NCBI GenBank assembly: GCA_944363575.1 | Contig: CALVUJ010000023.1 | Location: 107-64,106 of the forward strand | From: an uncultured Bacilli bacterium | GTDB taxonomy: Bacteria > Bacillota_I > Bacilli_A > RFN20 > DUOF01 | DNA length: 64,000 bases | Reading direction: 5' to 3' | In this document: in pieces, positions 30,501 through 36,866 of the stretch | Position numbering within the stretch: position 1 is the first letter of the stretch | How the letters are laid out: each line of letters opens with the position of its first letter | Program-made: the position numbers and the translations under genes | Notes under the pieces: model-generated | The model's database searches: none | Seen by the model: only the letters and a program-made list of their open reading frames with translations | What the model was told of the DNA's origin: nothing

Positions 30501-30657
30501 CTGAACTCGTGTTTAAAACAAGATACTCATTTCCATCATTTAATGAGATGCTACAAGTTTGTGCTTTAATGTTTTCTCCTTCACAAAAAACAAAAAAAGA
30601 AAACATTAATAACAACGAAAAAAATGTTCTCTTTATTAATTTATTAATAAAATGCAT
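18598..30657 (-). CDS. Giant (4019 aa) secreted, C-terminally membrane-anchored surface protein: N-terminal propeller-like region plus about 15 Ig-like repeats
   Basis: Signal peptide ending ...ENIKA; recurrent D-x-x-GN and (F/Y)xIDxxxP motifs; C-terminal TM GWSLIFISSAGLIFIGLKVVVF plus KKKVKVLK; no LPXTG. Confidence 0.85.
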   Translation of the reverse strand: MHFINKLIKRTFFSLLLMFSFFVFCEGENIKAQTCSISLNDGNEYLVLNTSSGWTDSGVMVICDGVSETNVSVQINNGTALETSNSGIGIANDAVRNAGFYKIKYYLTSDPSVSITRNIRVLPYNLNDSRRIWLGANEEASSAENDAFNKVIAGSHGYLAVGNLGTKGYIVAFNLRGEYLWQYEIENAKINDIIYSSSKRYYIAGEYTNSTSAVVGFVKLIQLMEQSGIEDEYVTGTISSTTGTIAEISEMTNVKKMVISGNYLLGVGYKEENNVRIGKIVRLTINGNELVSEQIATPTGTINSQYNSLITISDGSISKLVAVGSTNIQNYAGAEGGLITVCSVEAFECTNQDPYLYLNNNGATTTITSFNDIIQYGSNYLVVGQSRIDRVNGSSINYNSGVEDSLYVFMSGEFIIVDIKLSGTSSEDNLLSIKNIEGNSFVAAGNRASAGYYSVITIEESTIQISEYTIAGNLGVEIQDVIVKKEADGEIHYLFVGTTQSNSIEAIVTENKGGQDSLLVIVDTTELANYENLNIVQNTVICNDGSQVCTGENILEEYHLIYGSQKVGFPSTVTLDSTIITQYSTYHRFENALGMTFILGRNVDITEGLIPEDIVIEEMGIDKWYLYSRVQQIGDNVAGATRKELWEEYYYPVENNQLKEPGTTYYILNAEGNFVIDERTNTYTSSNYIKLEGEPQLTTAAFQSIEKAQEFAILQEFARIALVKGKYNYISSGITAFRGETARLSNLNYYFVYYIDLKFSNGECRTLNGELSGNCTQYTGFAFASLSRIKEVATLIVEEYNYFVSESNNRYQGNVSLPSTEYFKEEMTTIKYMQNFSINVPANIYLVVDYYAIDNYEFSSTASTSYKTFDTATLVSFATNGTYIDEGKYTIRYCSNYLNEETRKCGAEATFIIDRTAPIVKYSLVSGPTGEIITSISKDNPLKISTTMDITSILDIDPYAYTMIEGKKYYLTCNSLINSSSCLENIDEYIKRTFEHDSEKPNNIYEIHVYDRTGNKIDAYLQIGKAKPTVSVIDNESESFTLVIDFYDKNEIDSLVIAYTKSEACDKCADTTTISEAIMNYIEILTAINEAELKKAEADDEYIPEITYSISLPFILTKTNLDNTTTGGLSIPVYEMDEENNYVLKEGENQIFNISKGLYKITLGDTFNNISETYGGIGLEKAESDIYINADESHIESIETITSKLPKLEVGTNTGNVFLARVPDTYAYEDMIPSELRNGFDGGMFFTNQFIYIKLKINAFSVIQLSRATYLNNVGNYRNNETTNLSCMFVLYGVNVSVGNLPECTKQLKATTSGYASTDTNPTINDAAEELATEGIYVVGREGDYLYVAFTQDGTYRVHSEILVEVQIEGESYDYVALPVEHSFTIDTVSPKIDFELTCDEDRECNGIKAQDQYTNTGENPDFVTLTNIGSYNMRLLLTNEMLFYKDASGQNQGSINRLLVFKINDGDVYNAFSYSKEYSFGGNYIEFSDSGDYTIVFLDAVGNETVYKFTIDKTAPSVVEIKDINDKPLGEYQQYVNIKLTIQERSFLTDRDDNMLTIIYSINEKTVSIGIARDNTNENKCIISGDVDDPIVCLVNEDGVTVSFVITFNEEERLTGLQTLDLTIRDYFGNEVNLKQDFEFDNQNPYIYYDSSYTPITNFGAGVSTDDMDKMLSTPADSSLGIFDCSDSETLISGKVICKDTPEKAGMDNKIVIESFEAMRVAYNNYIRNINGTYSIVDNGTYVEPNVNLYKRVYTMFGSANDLQAAKDGETNIYTKGKYIRVYNNEYINPNISYYYMSGSTYVEVSIQDMYTNTATYNTYTDEMACGANHQCLLYLKYMNSGHFTSEDQYFTYSSSDYTLVEDKSAIDNTQYTSYYYETNNYASDSGKYLPALTLKNSCISVNNGNCVMVSDNRVKLNSFDGNSITYYNFVYKSEEETSSLVRKITLQDNTEKDAVLDNRIWQIAKNSANEEVRFAFGLASELGRPIIFRAKDGAGNTASNYLETVIRVTDEIGPEITNGYSIKYEKDESGGTTLNNYVQVTKYYKVVNKEGLSCNNDNKYYTYNGEGYTEVACSDDTIDDRYYVGVTVYEKVEDGLTKEDGTTYYKAETVDLEGNYITKENIVIEFSEPIYKVECTYYDSNLNQIRDCSFHNTEFDYREDKKSFSLVYEKEGEYYVNYNITVYDFSGNSLKINHLFIDREKPTIDFNEGVEEDEYIEAKYGDSSSPSDGYDSDYITGGFKNETTSIDNINNKINEIGVSSLVDNTFRYEIKYYKFNHNITFGNYTLNNGVFTIVSDGSTKDSNTKYYILIKKPTDYILKGNSGTCIGDYCYIIDDSNYYPSLLTNASYWEEQEVIVNDKVGVYKIEYRVIDRSGNVSDTIYKTVYITDTTAPILKVNDEIKSKEEIYGAHNKITISVDNEYEAVYYRYTCSDGSVTCELPTEIFSGSNSNLTLSVENITNNFSVTNDKNAGVYKIYFHDKGSYIKSSINIDGTVDDIMTLKYNYVEYSYIIDLTKPAFYINALVDDNGKLYYEVSTSEEAQFYCIKTGGDEVYSLCENLLTGNPTLETGGDSIIYSIKNGKDETIYEIKYTKVPEAETKYFYNTYYKLDVDGNLVAYEPGATYEEDNVYLVTSIILRFREDGEYQIKAVDKAGNETGRITGSGTQENSSSFTIDNTAPTYNKEQISATGANYWFSVPSGVINSGNMNYITSITQDLTGNSYNILGSGLNNDFFYAFATRAEAKMFLTTIYAKHIDAQEDNNCNNGQGFSYSYYNPAGQGSITTTCFVGTDNKTNKDMANEEMATNLFDAIIFPTFSGNLLFGDSAIMQKACDSSVSENCLTNEDMYKFIYLKIEGTTKTVVETCTESDEVKCIKVNVKITNVNDKKITLEIKGENTADTSKITAYNGASSTEYTSSSTIDLNTGQYYIFEEIDTGVEYINYKTEGGSSNISHYNSTYYAVYVDNADPIAIYSKENETINSTNLINTDGFGNVKTNVEQYSLIIKNNGESENDFMKKYEIHKNENEVYSYLRLVINGVYHNINDYIVLDSDSGSYYFEIPLAEEAFTIIEIYDRAGNKTYIEVSRSQTAPSIDITYSGEGKDQTVTLILEDSELTKIKTEEIVIKYSNDGSNYLEDQTGDIKEALLCVAGSNGCLNTGPIDGKNSYTAVIDSSKKLFGFFYISLKDDHGNTNELKFIYNPVDLSANYNGSYKYITPNMDEEYRMTANDSLKVSWNNEDNYILLYKQNESGFEIVCNTKEMNNSNISLCGENENNKVEPQFVEGTYTNSILTYVDEGKYKVEIINRESERISAMCINSEDNSLKEECQNIKAYVDNVIAYQTKKQEVSSIYETITYYLFDIDKTLPNYDISDFVVRLPSGSVGFENNNEYTNAEITIKWREPLIKLEFECEYIDDENTPDIDESELPCNGNNTGFSKDNKEYTFKIQDKKSTRYSFWFEDYAGNTTIANKISFTIMVVLPEIEVHELDDNGVIIQDSIVTPGKKIKNNAKLICYFESVTSNCDIYNIKVYKFTGSGYQEIVLRDPTVVSESYETRYKYVVSIKGVDGYIYENLATELEFTIDKIAPNITVEGNQEELYGFYKGEVRILIDSNGEGTIYNQCVVTGVDEYGDNTYSCSVTPVVESFTSNYTLSETGSYMIIARDEVGNITTGREIKYITIDNEKPKIKVTVSNEYVTYGLSEKGYTNADKVLVESVDNNEGNYFMYRKMKADGTYDEWITQTSSSLEIIDEGYYEVKPVDAVGNEGLERHFIIYRQAPKYYIYVNNKLNVINDIITEDTFITWDEPKNELVAPIIKVTLNGKPYQKRTVLNETGEYVFNFTDLAGNSITHKLTINKSDSICLDNVKLVPNKQYLFPVDNIALNGGEGYEFKKDDVIVFATPTNYYGSNPECAQGVLCYKSLDKSAYILIDDGTAKYINQNKNVIITISDEHKNQINQAGGFVYAIIVNKNVAKEQLGFEIGENFFTKDPLGWSLIFISSAGLIFIGLKVVVFKKKVKVLK

Positions 30658-30685
30658 ACTACCACGCCTTTCAATACACGATTTA

Positions 30686-30714
30686 ATTGTAAATTAATTA
30701 AATTTTTTATTCAA
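30686..30714 (-). promoter_or_regulatory. sigmaA-like promoter of the giant surface-protein gene
   Basis: TTGAAT-N17-TACAAT on minus strand. Confidence 0.5.
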
Positions 30715-30747
30715 TAATTACGGCCATATAATGTTTATAAATAGTGA

Positions 30748-30777
30748 TTGACTTTCTTTTTCTTGCTAATTTATAAT
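30748..30777 (+). promoter_or_regulatory. sigmaA-like promoter of the divergent hypothetical gene
   Basis: TTGACT-N18-TATAAT followed by AAGGTGG RBS. Confidence 0.55.
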
Positions 30778-30796
30778 TACTTGTAAGGTGGTTACG

Positions 30797-31421
30797 ATGT
30801 ATTTAAGCGAAAAAGAGAGATTGAAAATGATTGAAAAAGCGCTTTTTTCTAACGGGTTAACCTTTAAAAATATGTCTTTTTTATTTAATAGAAAAATGTT
30901 CAATTCTTCAATTTTATTAAATGAAAGAAAGTTTGGATCTTTAACAAATGAAAGTGTTGCTTCTTGTTTTATTCCAACTAAGGAGAACATTGCTGTTGAA
31001 AATATTGTTGGACTACAATATTGACTCAATTAAAATTAATAATGATTTTTTATTTAAAAATAATCGTTTTGCTATTAGCAATAAATTTTGGGGGATTAAA
31101 AATATTCCCTATTCTGATATAGAATTTATTGATAAGAAAATAAGTTCAATTTCTTTTCCTAAATTAAGTTTTGATTATTTTTTATCCGGAGATTTTGAAC
31201 GCAAAAAGTTTTCTTTAAAATTTAATTGTTTTGATTATGGGAATATTGTGGTTAATAGAGAAAAGTTAAACAAGTTTATTGATGATAATGAAGAAATCTT
31301 AACTTTTAGTAATTTTTTTAATGAAATGAGTTTTAAAAATTTATCTTTTGGGGATGCTAAAAACATTATTAGTACAATGGCTAAATTAGATAATTTGATT
31401 CTAAATAAGAGAAAATTATAA
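30797..31421 (+). pseudogene. Hypothetical gene apparently split by a frameshift near 31000-31020
   Basis: ORF 30797-31024 has promoter and RBS; overlapping +1-frame ORF to 31421 has no RBS and an out-of-frame-looking N-terminus. Confidence 0.5.
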
Positions 31422-32264
31422 TTATTGTTTTCTTTTAATAAAAGATTGTACTGTTTGAGTTAGTAATGATGAAATAGTCATTGGTCCCACTCCTCCTGGA
31501 ACTGGAGTATATGCACTTGCTATTTTTTCTATTCCTTCTAAATCAACATCTCCTATATTATTAGGATTATATCCTGCATCGATGATTACCGCTCCTTCTT
31601 TTATCCATTCTTTTTTTACAAATTTTGGTTTTCCTACACAAGCTACTACTATGTCAGCTTTTTTTACTAGTTTATCAATATTTTGTGTTTTGCTATGAGC
31701 AATAGTAACCGTAGCATTTTTGTTTAGAAGCATCATGGCCATTGGTTTGCCTAAAATAGCACTTCTTCCTATAACAAGTGCTTCTTTTCCTTCTACATCA
31801 ATATGATAATGCTCTAATAGTTTCATTATTCCTAAAGGTGTTGCACTAGCATACGATTCTTCTCCCATTGCTAAAGCACCAAAGCTTGCACTAGTTACAC
31901 CATCTACATCTTTATTTTTATCAATAGCATTAAAACATTTCCTTTCATCTATATGCTTAGGAACAGGATGTTGCAATAATATACCGTCTATATTATCATC
32001 ATTATTTAATTTATCAATAAGTTTTAAAACTTGTTCTGTTGTTGTCTCTTGTTTTAATTCAAATAGTAGGCAATTAACACCAATTCTTTCACAGGTAATT
32101 TCTTTCATTCTTACATATGTTTTACTAGCACTATCATCGCCAATAATAATAGTTGCTAATCCTGCTTTTTTTCCTTTTTCAACATACATTTTTAAGGTTA
32201 TCTCTCTTATCTCTTGTTCTATTTTTTCAGCTAATTCTTTTCCGTTTAAAACTATTGCTTCCAT
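31422..32264 (-). CDS. folD: Methylenetetrahydrofolate dehydrogenase/cyclohydrolase
   Basis: YVRMK, GILLQHP, KDVDG, GRSAILGKP, TPVPGGVGPMT. Confidence 0.95.
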   Translation of the reverse strand: MEAIVLNGKELAEKIEQEIREITLKMYVEKGKKAGLATIIIGDDSASKTYVRMKEITCERIGVNCLLFELKQETTTEQVLKLIDKLNNDDNIDGILLQHPVPKHIDERKCFNAIDKNKDVDGVTSASFGALAMGEESYASATPLGIMKLLEHYHIDVEGKEALVIGRSAILGKPMAMMLLNKNATVTIAHSKTQNIDKLVKKADIVVACVGKPKFVKKEWIKEGAVIIDAGYNPNNIGDVDLEGIEKIASAYTPVPGGVGPMTISSLLTQTVQSFIKRKQ

Positions 32265-33244
32265 TTTTCTTCCTCCAATTCTTTTTCATAATTATATATT
32301 AATTTTGCAAATTCTATATATGTTTCTACTTTATTAATTTTATTTTTTAATGAAATAGAATTGGGCATTCCTTTTAGATAATAGCAAGTTAACGTTCTCA
32401 TTTGCTTAATAGCTTTTTTTTCTCCCTCTATTTCACACATTTCTTTAGCATGTCTTAAACATAACTCTAACTTTTCAAAATATGTAGGATCTTTTAATCT
32501 TTCTTTTGTTTGTAAATAATGATTTATTTGCGTGAATAGCCATGGGTTTCCAATCGCTCCCCTTCCTATCATAATCGCATCACATTTAGTGTATTCAAGC
32601 ATTGCAATAGCATCATCTATTGTTTTAATGTCGCCATTACCAATAATGGGAATACTAACTATTTCTTTGGCTTTTTTGATGTATTCTAGTTGAGGTTTTC
32701 CTCTATATAATTGACTTCTTGTCCTTGCATGTATGCAAATAGCTTGTACACCTGCTTTTTCTAGCATTTTTACTGTTTCTAAGACATTAATATTGCTCTC
32801 ATCATAGCCTAATCTAATTTTCGCAGTAACGGGTTTTGTACTTGCTTTTACGATTGCTTCTATTTTATCTTTTGTATCTTCTAAATCTTTTAACCAATAG
32901 CTCCCTGCTTTTGATTTTAAAACTTTTAATACAGGACAACCCATGTTTATATCTAAAATATCTGCTTCTGTTTCATTTATGATTTTTACTGCTTTTACTA
33001 GATATTCTTTTTCCCCTCCAAATAATTGAATAGCAACTGGATGCTCTTTTTTATCTAGTTTTATCATTTCATAAGTATTGGCACTTTGAAAACACAGTGC
33101 CTTATCACTTATCATCTCTGTATAGACTAAACTTGCCCCATATTCTCTAGCAATCTTACGGTATACTAAGTTAGTTATTCCCGCCATTGGAGCACAAATA
33201 ACTTTTCCTTTTATTTCTACATTTCCTATTTTCAAAACCCTCAC
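32252..33244 (-). CDS. dusB: tRNA-dihydrouridine synthase
   Basis: APMAGIT, DINMGCP, IHARTR, GNGDI, MIGRGAIGNPW. Confidence 0.93.
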   Translation of the reverse strand: MRVLKIGNVEIKGKVICAPMAGITNLVYRKIAREYGASLVYTEMISDKALCFQSANTYEMIKLDKKEHPVAIQLFGGEKEYLVKAVKIINETEADILDINMGCPVLKVLKSKAGSYWLKDLEDTKDKIEAIVKASTKPVTAKIRLGYDESNINVLETVKMLEKAGVQAICIHARTRSQLYRGKPQLEYIKKAKEIVSIPIIGNGDIKTIDDAIAMLEYTKCDAIMIGRGAIGNPWLFTQINHYLQTKERLKDPTYFEKLELCLRHAKEMCEIEGEKKAIKQMRTLTCYYLKGMPNSISLKNKINKVETYIEFAKLIYNYEKELEEEKWKQ

Positions 33245-33264
33245 CGAGATTATTTTAACATTAT

Positions 33265-35331
33265 TTAAAAAACTTCACTCTTCTTTTCTAATAGTTTTGC
33301 AATATTTTTTTTAATTTCTCTTTTAATGTAACGAGCACCGTATTTTTTTATTTCTTCTTTATTTAACATTTCTTGTAGGAATAATTCCTGATTAATTTCA
33401 AAATTAATTTTATGATGATACTCTTTTAAATAATCAGAAGTAAGTTCTTTAACGCTATTTTCATCTAAACTATTAAAGCAAATAATTTCATCAATTCTAT
33501 TAATAAATTCTGGTGTAAAATGTTTGTTTATTTCTTTTATAACTTCGTTTTCACTATTGATTAAAGGAAGAAAGCCCATATTTTTGTTATTGTTGCTTCC
33601 TATATTAGAGGTCATGATTATAAGTGAATTGGTAAAGTCTATCTTCCTTTTTTTGGCATCGTAAAAATAGCCTTCATCAAAAATATTTAAGAAAATGTTT
33701 AAAATATCTTTATGTGCTTTTTCAATTTCATCTAAGATAATGACAATGTGTGGATTTTTCCTTATTTTATCAATTAAAAGTGTTTGGTTCTCATGCCCAA
33801 CGTAACCTGGTGGAGATCCTATTAATTTAGATATGGTATGTGCTTCTTTGAATTCAGACATATCTATTTTTATATACGATTCTTCACTTCCAAAATAATA
33901 CTTTGCTATTTGTTTGGCTGTTTCTGTTTTTCCTACTCCGCTTGGTCCTGCAAAGAAATATACTCCTAATGGTTTATTATCTTCTATTAGGCCTTTTTCA
34001 ATATAAGATAGTTGATTAATTATCTTTTCTAAAGCTTGATTTTGTCCTTTTATTTTGCTATTTAAAACTTGTTTTAAATGATCTTTTAAAATGCTTTTAT
34101 TAATTTCAACATTATATAAATTTTCAATTGTTTTAATAATTGTTTTTTCATTTAATTCAGATTCATTTTCTTTTTTTGCTTGTACGCATCCACAATCTAA
34201 AACATCTATTGCTTTATCTGGGAAATACCTATCAACAATATATTTTTTAGCTAATAAAACTATTTTTTGACATATCTCATCACTTATTTTTATCTTATGA
34301 TACTCTTCGTAGTCCTTTTTTATTCCTTTTAATATCTCATAGGTTTTTTCGGCATTTGGCTCCTCTAATTTAATAAGTTGAAATCTTCTTTCTATAGCCT
34401 TTTCTTTTTCAATTAATTTTATATATTCATCGTAAGTTGTAGCGCCTATACATCTTAAATCTCCCCTTGCTAAGTATGGTTTAAGAATATTTGATGCATC
34501 TATAGCACCTTCTGCTCCACCTGCTCCTATAATATTGTGTATCTCATCTATAAAGATAATTGCGTTTGGTTCTTCTTTGATTTTTTTTACGATTTTTTTT
34601 AATTTTTCTTCAAATTCTCCACGATACTTAGTTCCTGCGACAATTGATGGGATATCTAATTCATACACTATTTTATTTTTTAATTCATCAATAACCTCAC
34701 CTTTTACTATTTTATAAGCAAGGTATTCTACTAGAGCACTTTTCCCTACTCCCGGTTCTCCCACTAATAATACATTAGGTTTTTGCTTTCTTAAAAGGGT
34801 GCTTGTAATTAACTCCAATTCTTGTTCCCTAGTGTACACTATCGTAGGTCTTTTTAACATTTCTTTATTTAGATTTGTTAACTCATCTATATTATCTAGA
34901 ATACTAATTTTAGTTACTTTTAAGGCGTCTTTTACAACTTTAAAATCAAAATTATGCTTTTCTAACAATTCATTTGATAAACATTCTTCTTGAGAAAATA
35001 AAGCATTTGCTAAAACTTCTACACTTACTTTTTCCTCATTTAATTTTTTAGAATTTTTAATGGCCGTTTCTAATATTTCTTTAAATGATGTGCTGTATTC
35101 CATATAAAAAGGTAAACTATCTTTTTTTTCAAAAATAGTTAGTAATTCTTTTTTTATCATTTCATAAGTTATATTTTGATTTTCTAATATTTTCTTTACT
35201 TTTGTATCTTTTATTTTTAAAAATGATAATAGTAAATGCTCGCTTCCTACACTGGTATGGCCAAAGTCAAAAGCTATAGACTCCGCAACCGCAATTACTT
35301 TTTGAGCCTTCTCAGAAAAGTTATTAATCAT
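33265..35331 (-). CDS. clpC: Clp protease ATP-binding subunit (ClpC-like, lacking the middle coiled-coil domain)
   Basis: Clp-N domain, GEPGVGKS/FIDEIH, GPSGVGKT, GSPPGYVG, MGF ClpP-docking loop; only 688 aa. Confidence 0.8.
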   Translation of the reverse strand: MINNFSEKAQKVIAVAESIAFDFGHTSVGSEHLLLSFLKIKDTKVKKILENQNITYEMIKKELLTIFEKKDSLPFYMEYSTSFKEILETAIKNSKKLNEEKVSVEVLANALFSQEECLSNELLEKHNFDFKVVKDALKVTKISILDNIDELTNLNKEMLKRPTIVYTREQELELITSTLLRKQKPNVLLVGEPGVGKSALVEYLAYKIVKGEVIDELKNKIVYELDIPSIVAGTKYRGEFEEKLKKIVKKIKEEPNAIIFIDEIHNIIGAGGAEGAIDASNILKPYLARGDLRCIGATTYDEYIKLIEKEKAIERRFQLIKLEEPNAEKTYEILKGIKKDYEEYHKIKISDEICQKIVLLAKKYIVDRYFPDKAIDVLDCGCVQAKKENESELNEKTIIKTIENLYNVEINKSILKDHLKQVLNSKIKGQNQALEKIINQLSYIEKGLIEDNKPLGVYFFAGPSGVGKTETAKQIAKYYFGSEESYIKIDMSEFKEAHTISKLIGSPPGYVGHENQTLLIDKIRKNPHIVIILDEIEKAHKDILNIFLNIFDEGYFYDAKKRKIDFTNSLIIMTSNIGSNNNKNMGFLPLINSENEVIKEINKHFTPEFINRIDEIICFNSLDENSVKELTSDYLKEYHHKINFEINQELFLQEMLNKEEIKKYGARYIKREIKKNIAKLLEKKSEVF

Positions 35332-35350
35332 ACTATTCCTCCTACTTTTA

Positions 35351-35380
35351 AATTTATGTTTATTACACTTTTAATTATGT
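35351..35380 (-). promoter_or_regulatory. Putative sigmaE-like promoter upstream of the clpC-like gene
   Basis: ACATAAT-N15-CATAAATT on minus strand. Confidence 0.35.
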
Positions 35381-35409
35381 GCTTATATTTTAAACATAAA
35401 CAAAAAGTT

Positions 35410-36144
35410 TTATTGGTATAACTTTCTTGCTACTCCTTTCGTGTCTATTCCTCCCAAACCTACGCCTTTAGAAACCGTTTTTTTTAAAACTTCTTCAACA
35501 TCTATATAATTTCCTACATGGGATTTAGCAACATTTATGGCTATATATACAGGGTCTAACACATTGATATTTTGCCTAGTAGGAGAAGAAGCAAAGTTAG
35601 CTCCACTCTCAATTAGAGCTTCATAATATGATTGACATGCTCCTGCAAAAATAACTAAAGCATCTTTATCTGCTTGATATATACGTGCTTTTTTTACTGT
35701 TTGAATAAAATATTTGCTATTTTCAAATTGTTCTTTATTATCGACAACTTTATAGTTATCATGTCCTGTAATAATTAAAATGTCTGGTTTGTGTTTAACT
35801 AATAAATTAGTGATTTGGTTTGGCATCTCTTTTTCGCTCATATAGTAGCCTTGTGCTGGTATATCATATTTTATATATATATCTAAGCATTTTTTCAAAT
35901 AATTTTCATCTCCATCTAAATGCAAAACACACCCATTTATGAGTTTAGAATTGCGTGAAAACTCTAATTCAATTTGTTCTTGAACAGTTTCTTTTTCATA
36001 TAATTTTAAATCGCTTAAAGGAGCATCTGCACTTAACCTTACGCATTCTCCTTTTAAAAAAGCTACATTGTTTTCTATTTTTACAATTTTAAAAACTACA
36101 TCATGATTATATTTATACCTAGTTACTAAATCTCCTGTTTTCAT
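35410..36144 (-). CDS. yabG: Sporulation peptidase YabG
   Basis: VLHLDGD, PDILIITGHD, IFAGACQSYYEALIESGANFASSP; downstream of ksgA as in Bacillus. Confidence 0.93.
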   Translation of the reverse strand: MKTGDLVTRYKYNHDVVFKIVKIENNVAFLKGECVRLSADAPLSDLKLYEKETVQEQIELEFSRNSKLINGCVLHLDGDENYLKKCLDIYIKYDIPAQGYYMSEKEMPNQITNLLVKHKPDILIITGHDNYKVVDNKEQFENSKYFIQTVKKARIYQADKDALVIFAGACQSYYEALIESGANFASSPTRQNINVLDPVYIAINVAKSHVGNYIDVEEVLKKTVSKGVGLGGIDTKGVARKLYQ

Positions 36145-36159
36145 ACTAACACCTCATAT

Positions 36160-36186
36160 TAATTTATGAAATGAAATTTTATTAGT
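36160..36186 (-). promoter_or_regulatory. sigmaK-like promoter of yabG
   Basis: AC-N16-CATAAATTA, matching AC-N16/18-CATANNNTA, just upstream of GAGGTG RBS. Confidence 0.5.
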
Positions 36187-36188
36187 TA

Positions 36189-36866
36189 CTATTTTAGATA
36201 CTTTGGCACTTTATAATGATCTCGTTTTATTTTTTTTAGTAATTCCATGCTTTGAATATGCATTAAGATTAATTTTTCTTTTGGTAATTGTTTTAGTTGC
36301 TTGTATTCAATGTGAACAGGTGAATTTTCTCCTACTTCAGTATATATTTTTGTGATGTTTTTATCTTCTATTTTTTCTTTTATATAATTTATATCGTTAG
36401 AGTCTGATGTATATAAAATCATTTGATTATCTTTTTCAAATATGATGCTGTAACATTCTAAAAGAGGGGTGTGTGTTGTTGTTTTTAATTTATAATTAAA
36501 AGAAAATGGAAAATTGTTATTTTCAATGAATTGATAATTATCTTTTTTTACTCCAGTTAAATCAAGTATTGTGCATAAGTTCTTGGTAAAGGTTTCGCTG
36601 TTTTTTATAATGTTTGTTTGAATATTTAAAATAGAATAAGTGTATTGTAAAAAAGTTGGTAGTCCTCCAACATGATCACCATGTAAATGAGTTATTATGA
36701 TATATATTTCTTTTATATCTTTTAATATATGATGTTTTATTATTTTATAAAAAGAATCTAAGCCCATATCTATAAATAATATTTTATCTTTTTCTTTAAT
36801 GTAAGCACAATTGCTTCCTAATTTAGGGTTAAAAGCTCCTCCAATTCCTATAAAATCAAGTTTCAT
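36189..36866 (-). CDS. Metallo-beta-lactamase fold hydrolase (RNase Z-like)
   Basis: FIGIGGAF, IDMG, THLHGDHVGG, YTSD, LMH. Confidence 0.85.
   Translation of the reverse strand: MKLDFIGIGGAFNPKLGSNCAYIKEKDKILFIDMGLDSFYKIIKHHILKDIKEIYIIITHLHGDHVGGLPTFLQYTYSILNIQTNIIKNSETFTKNLCTILDLTGVKKDNYQFIENNNFPFSFNYKLKTTTHTPLLECYSIIFEKDNQMILYTSDSNDINYIKEKIEDKNITKIYTEVGENSPVHIEYKQLKQLPKEKLILMHIQSMELLKKIKRDHYKVPKYLK

Noticed and set aside
18598-30657. CRISPR array, tandem DNA repeats or DGR template/variable repeat
   Set aside because: Repeats are visible only as diverged protein motifs; I saw no repeated nucleotide units, cas genes or reverse transcriptase.
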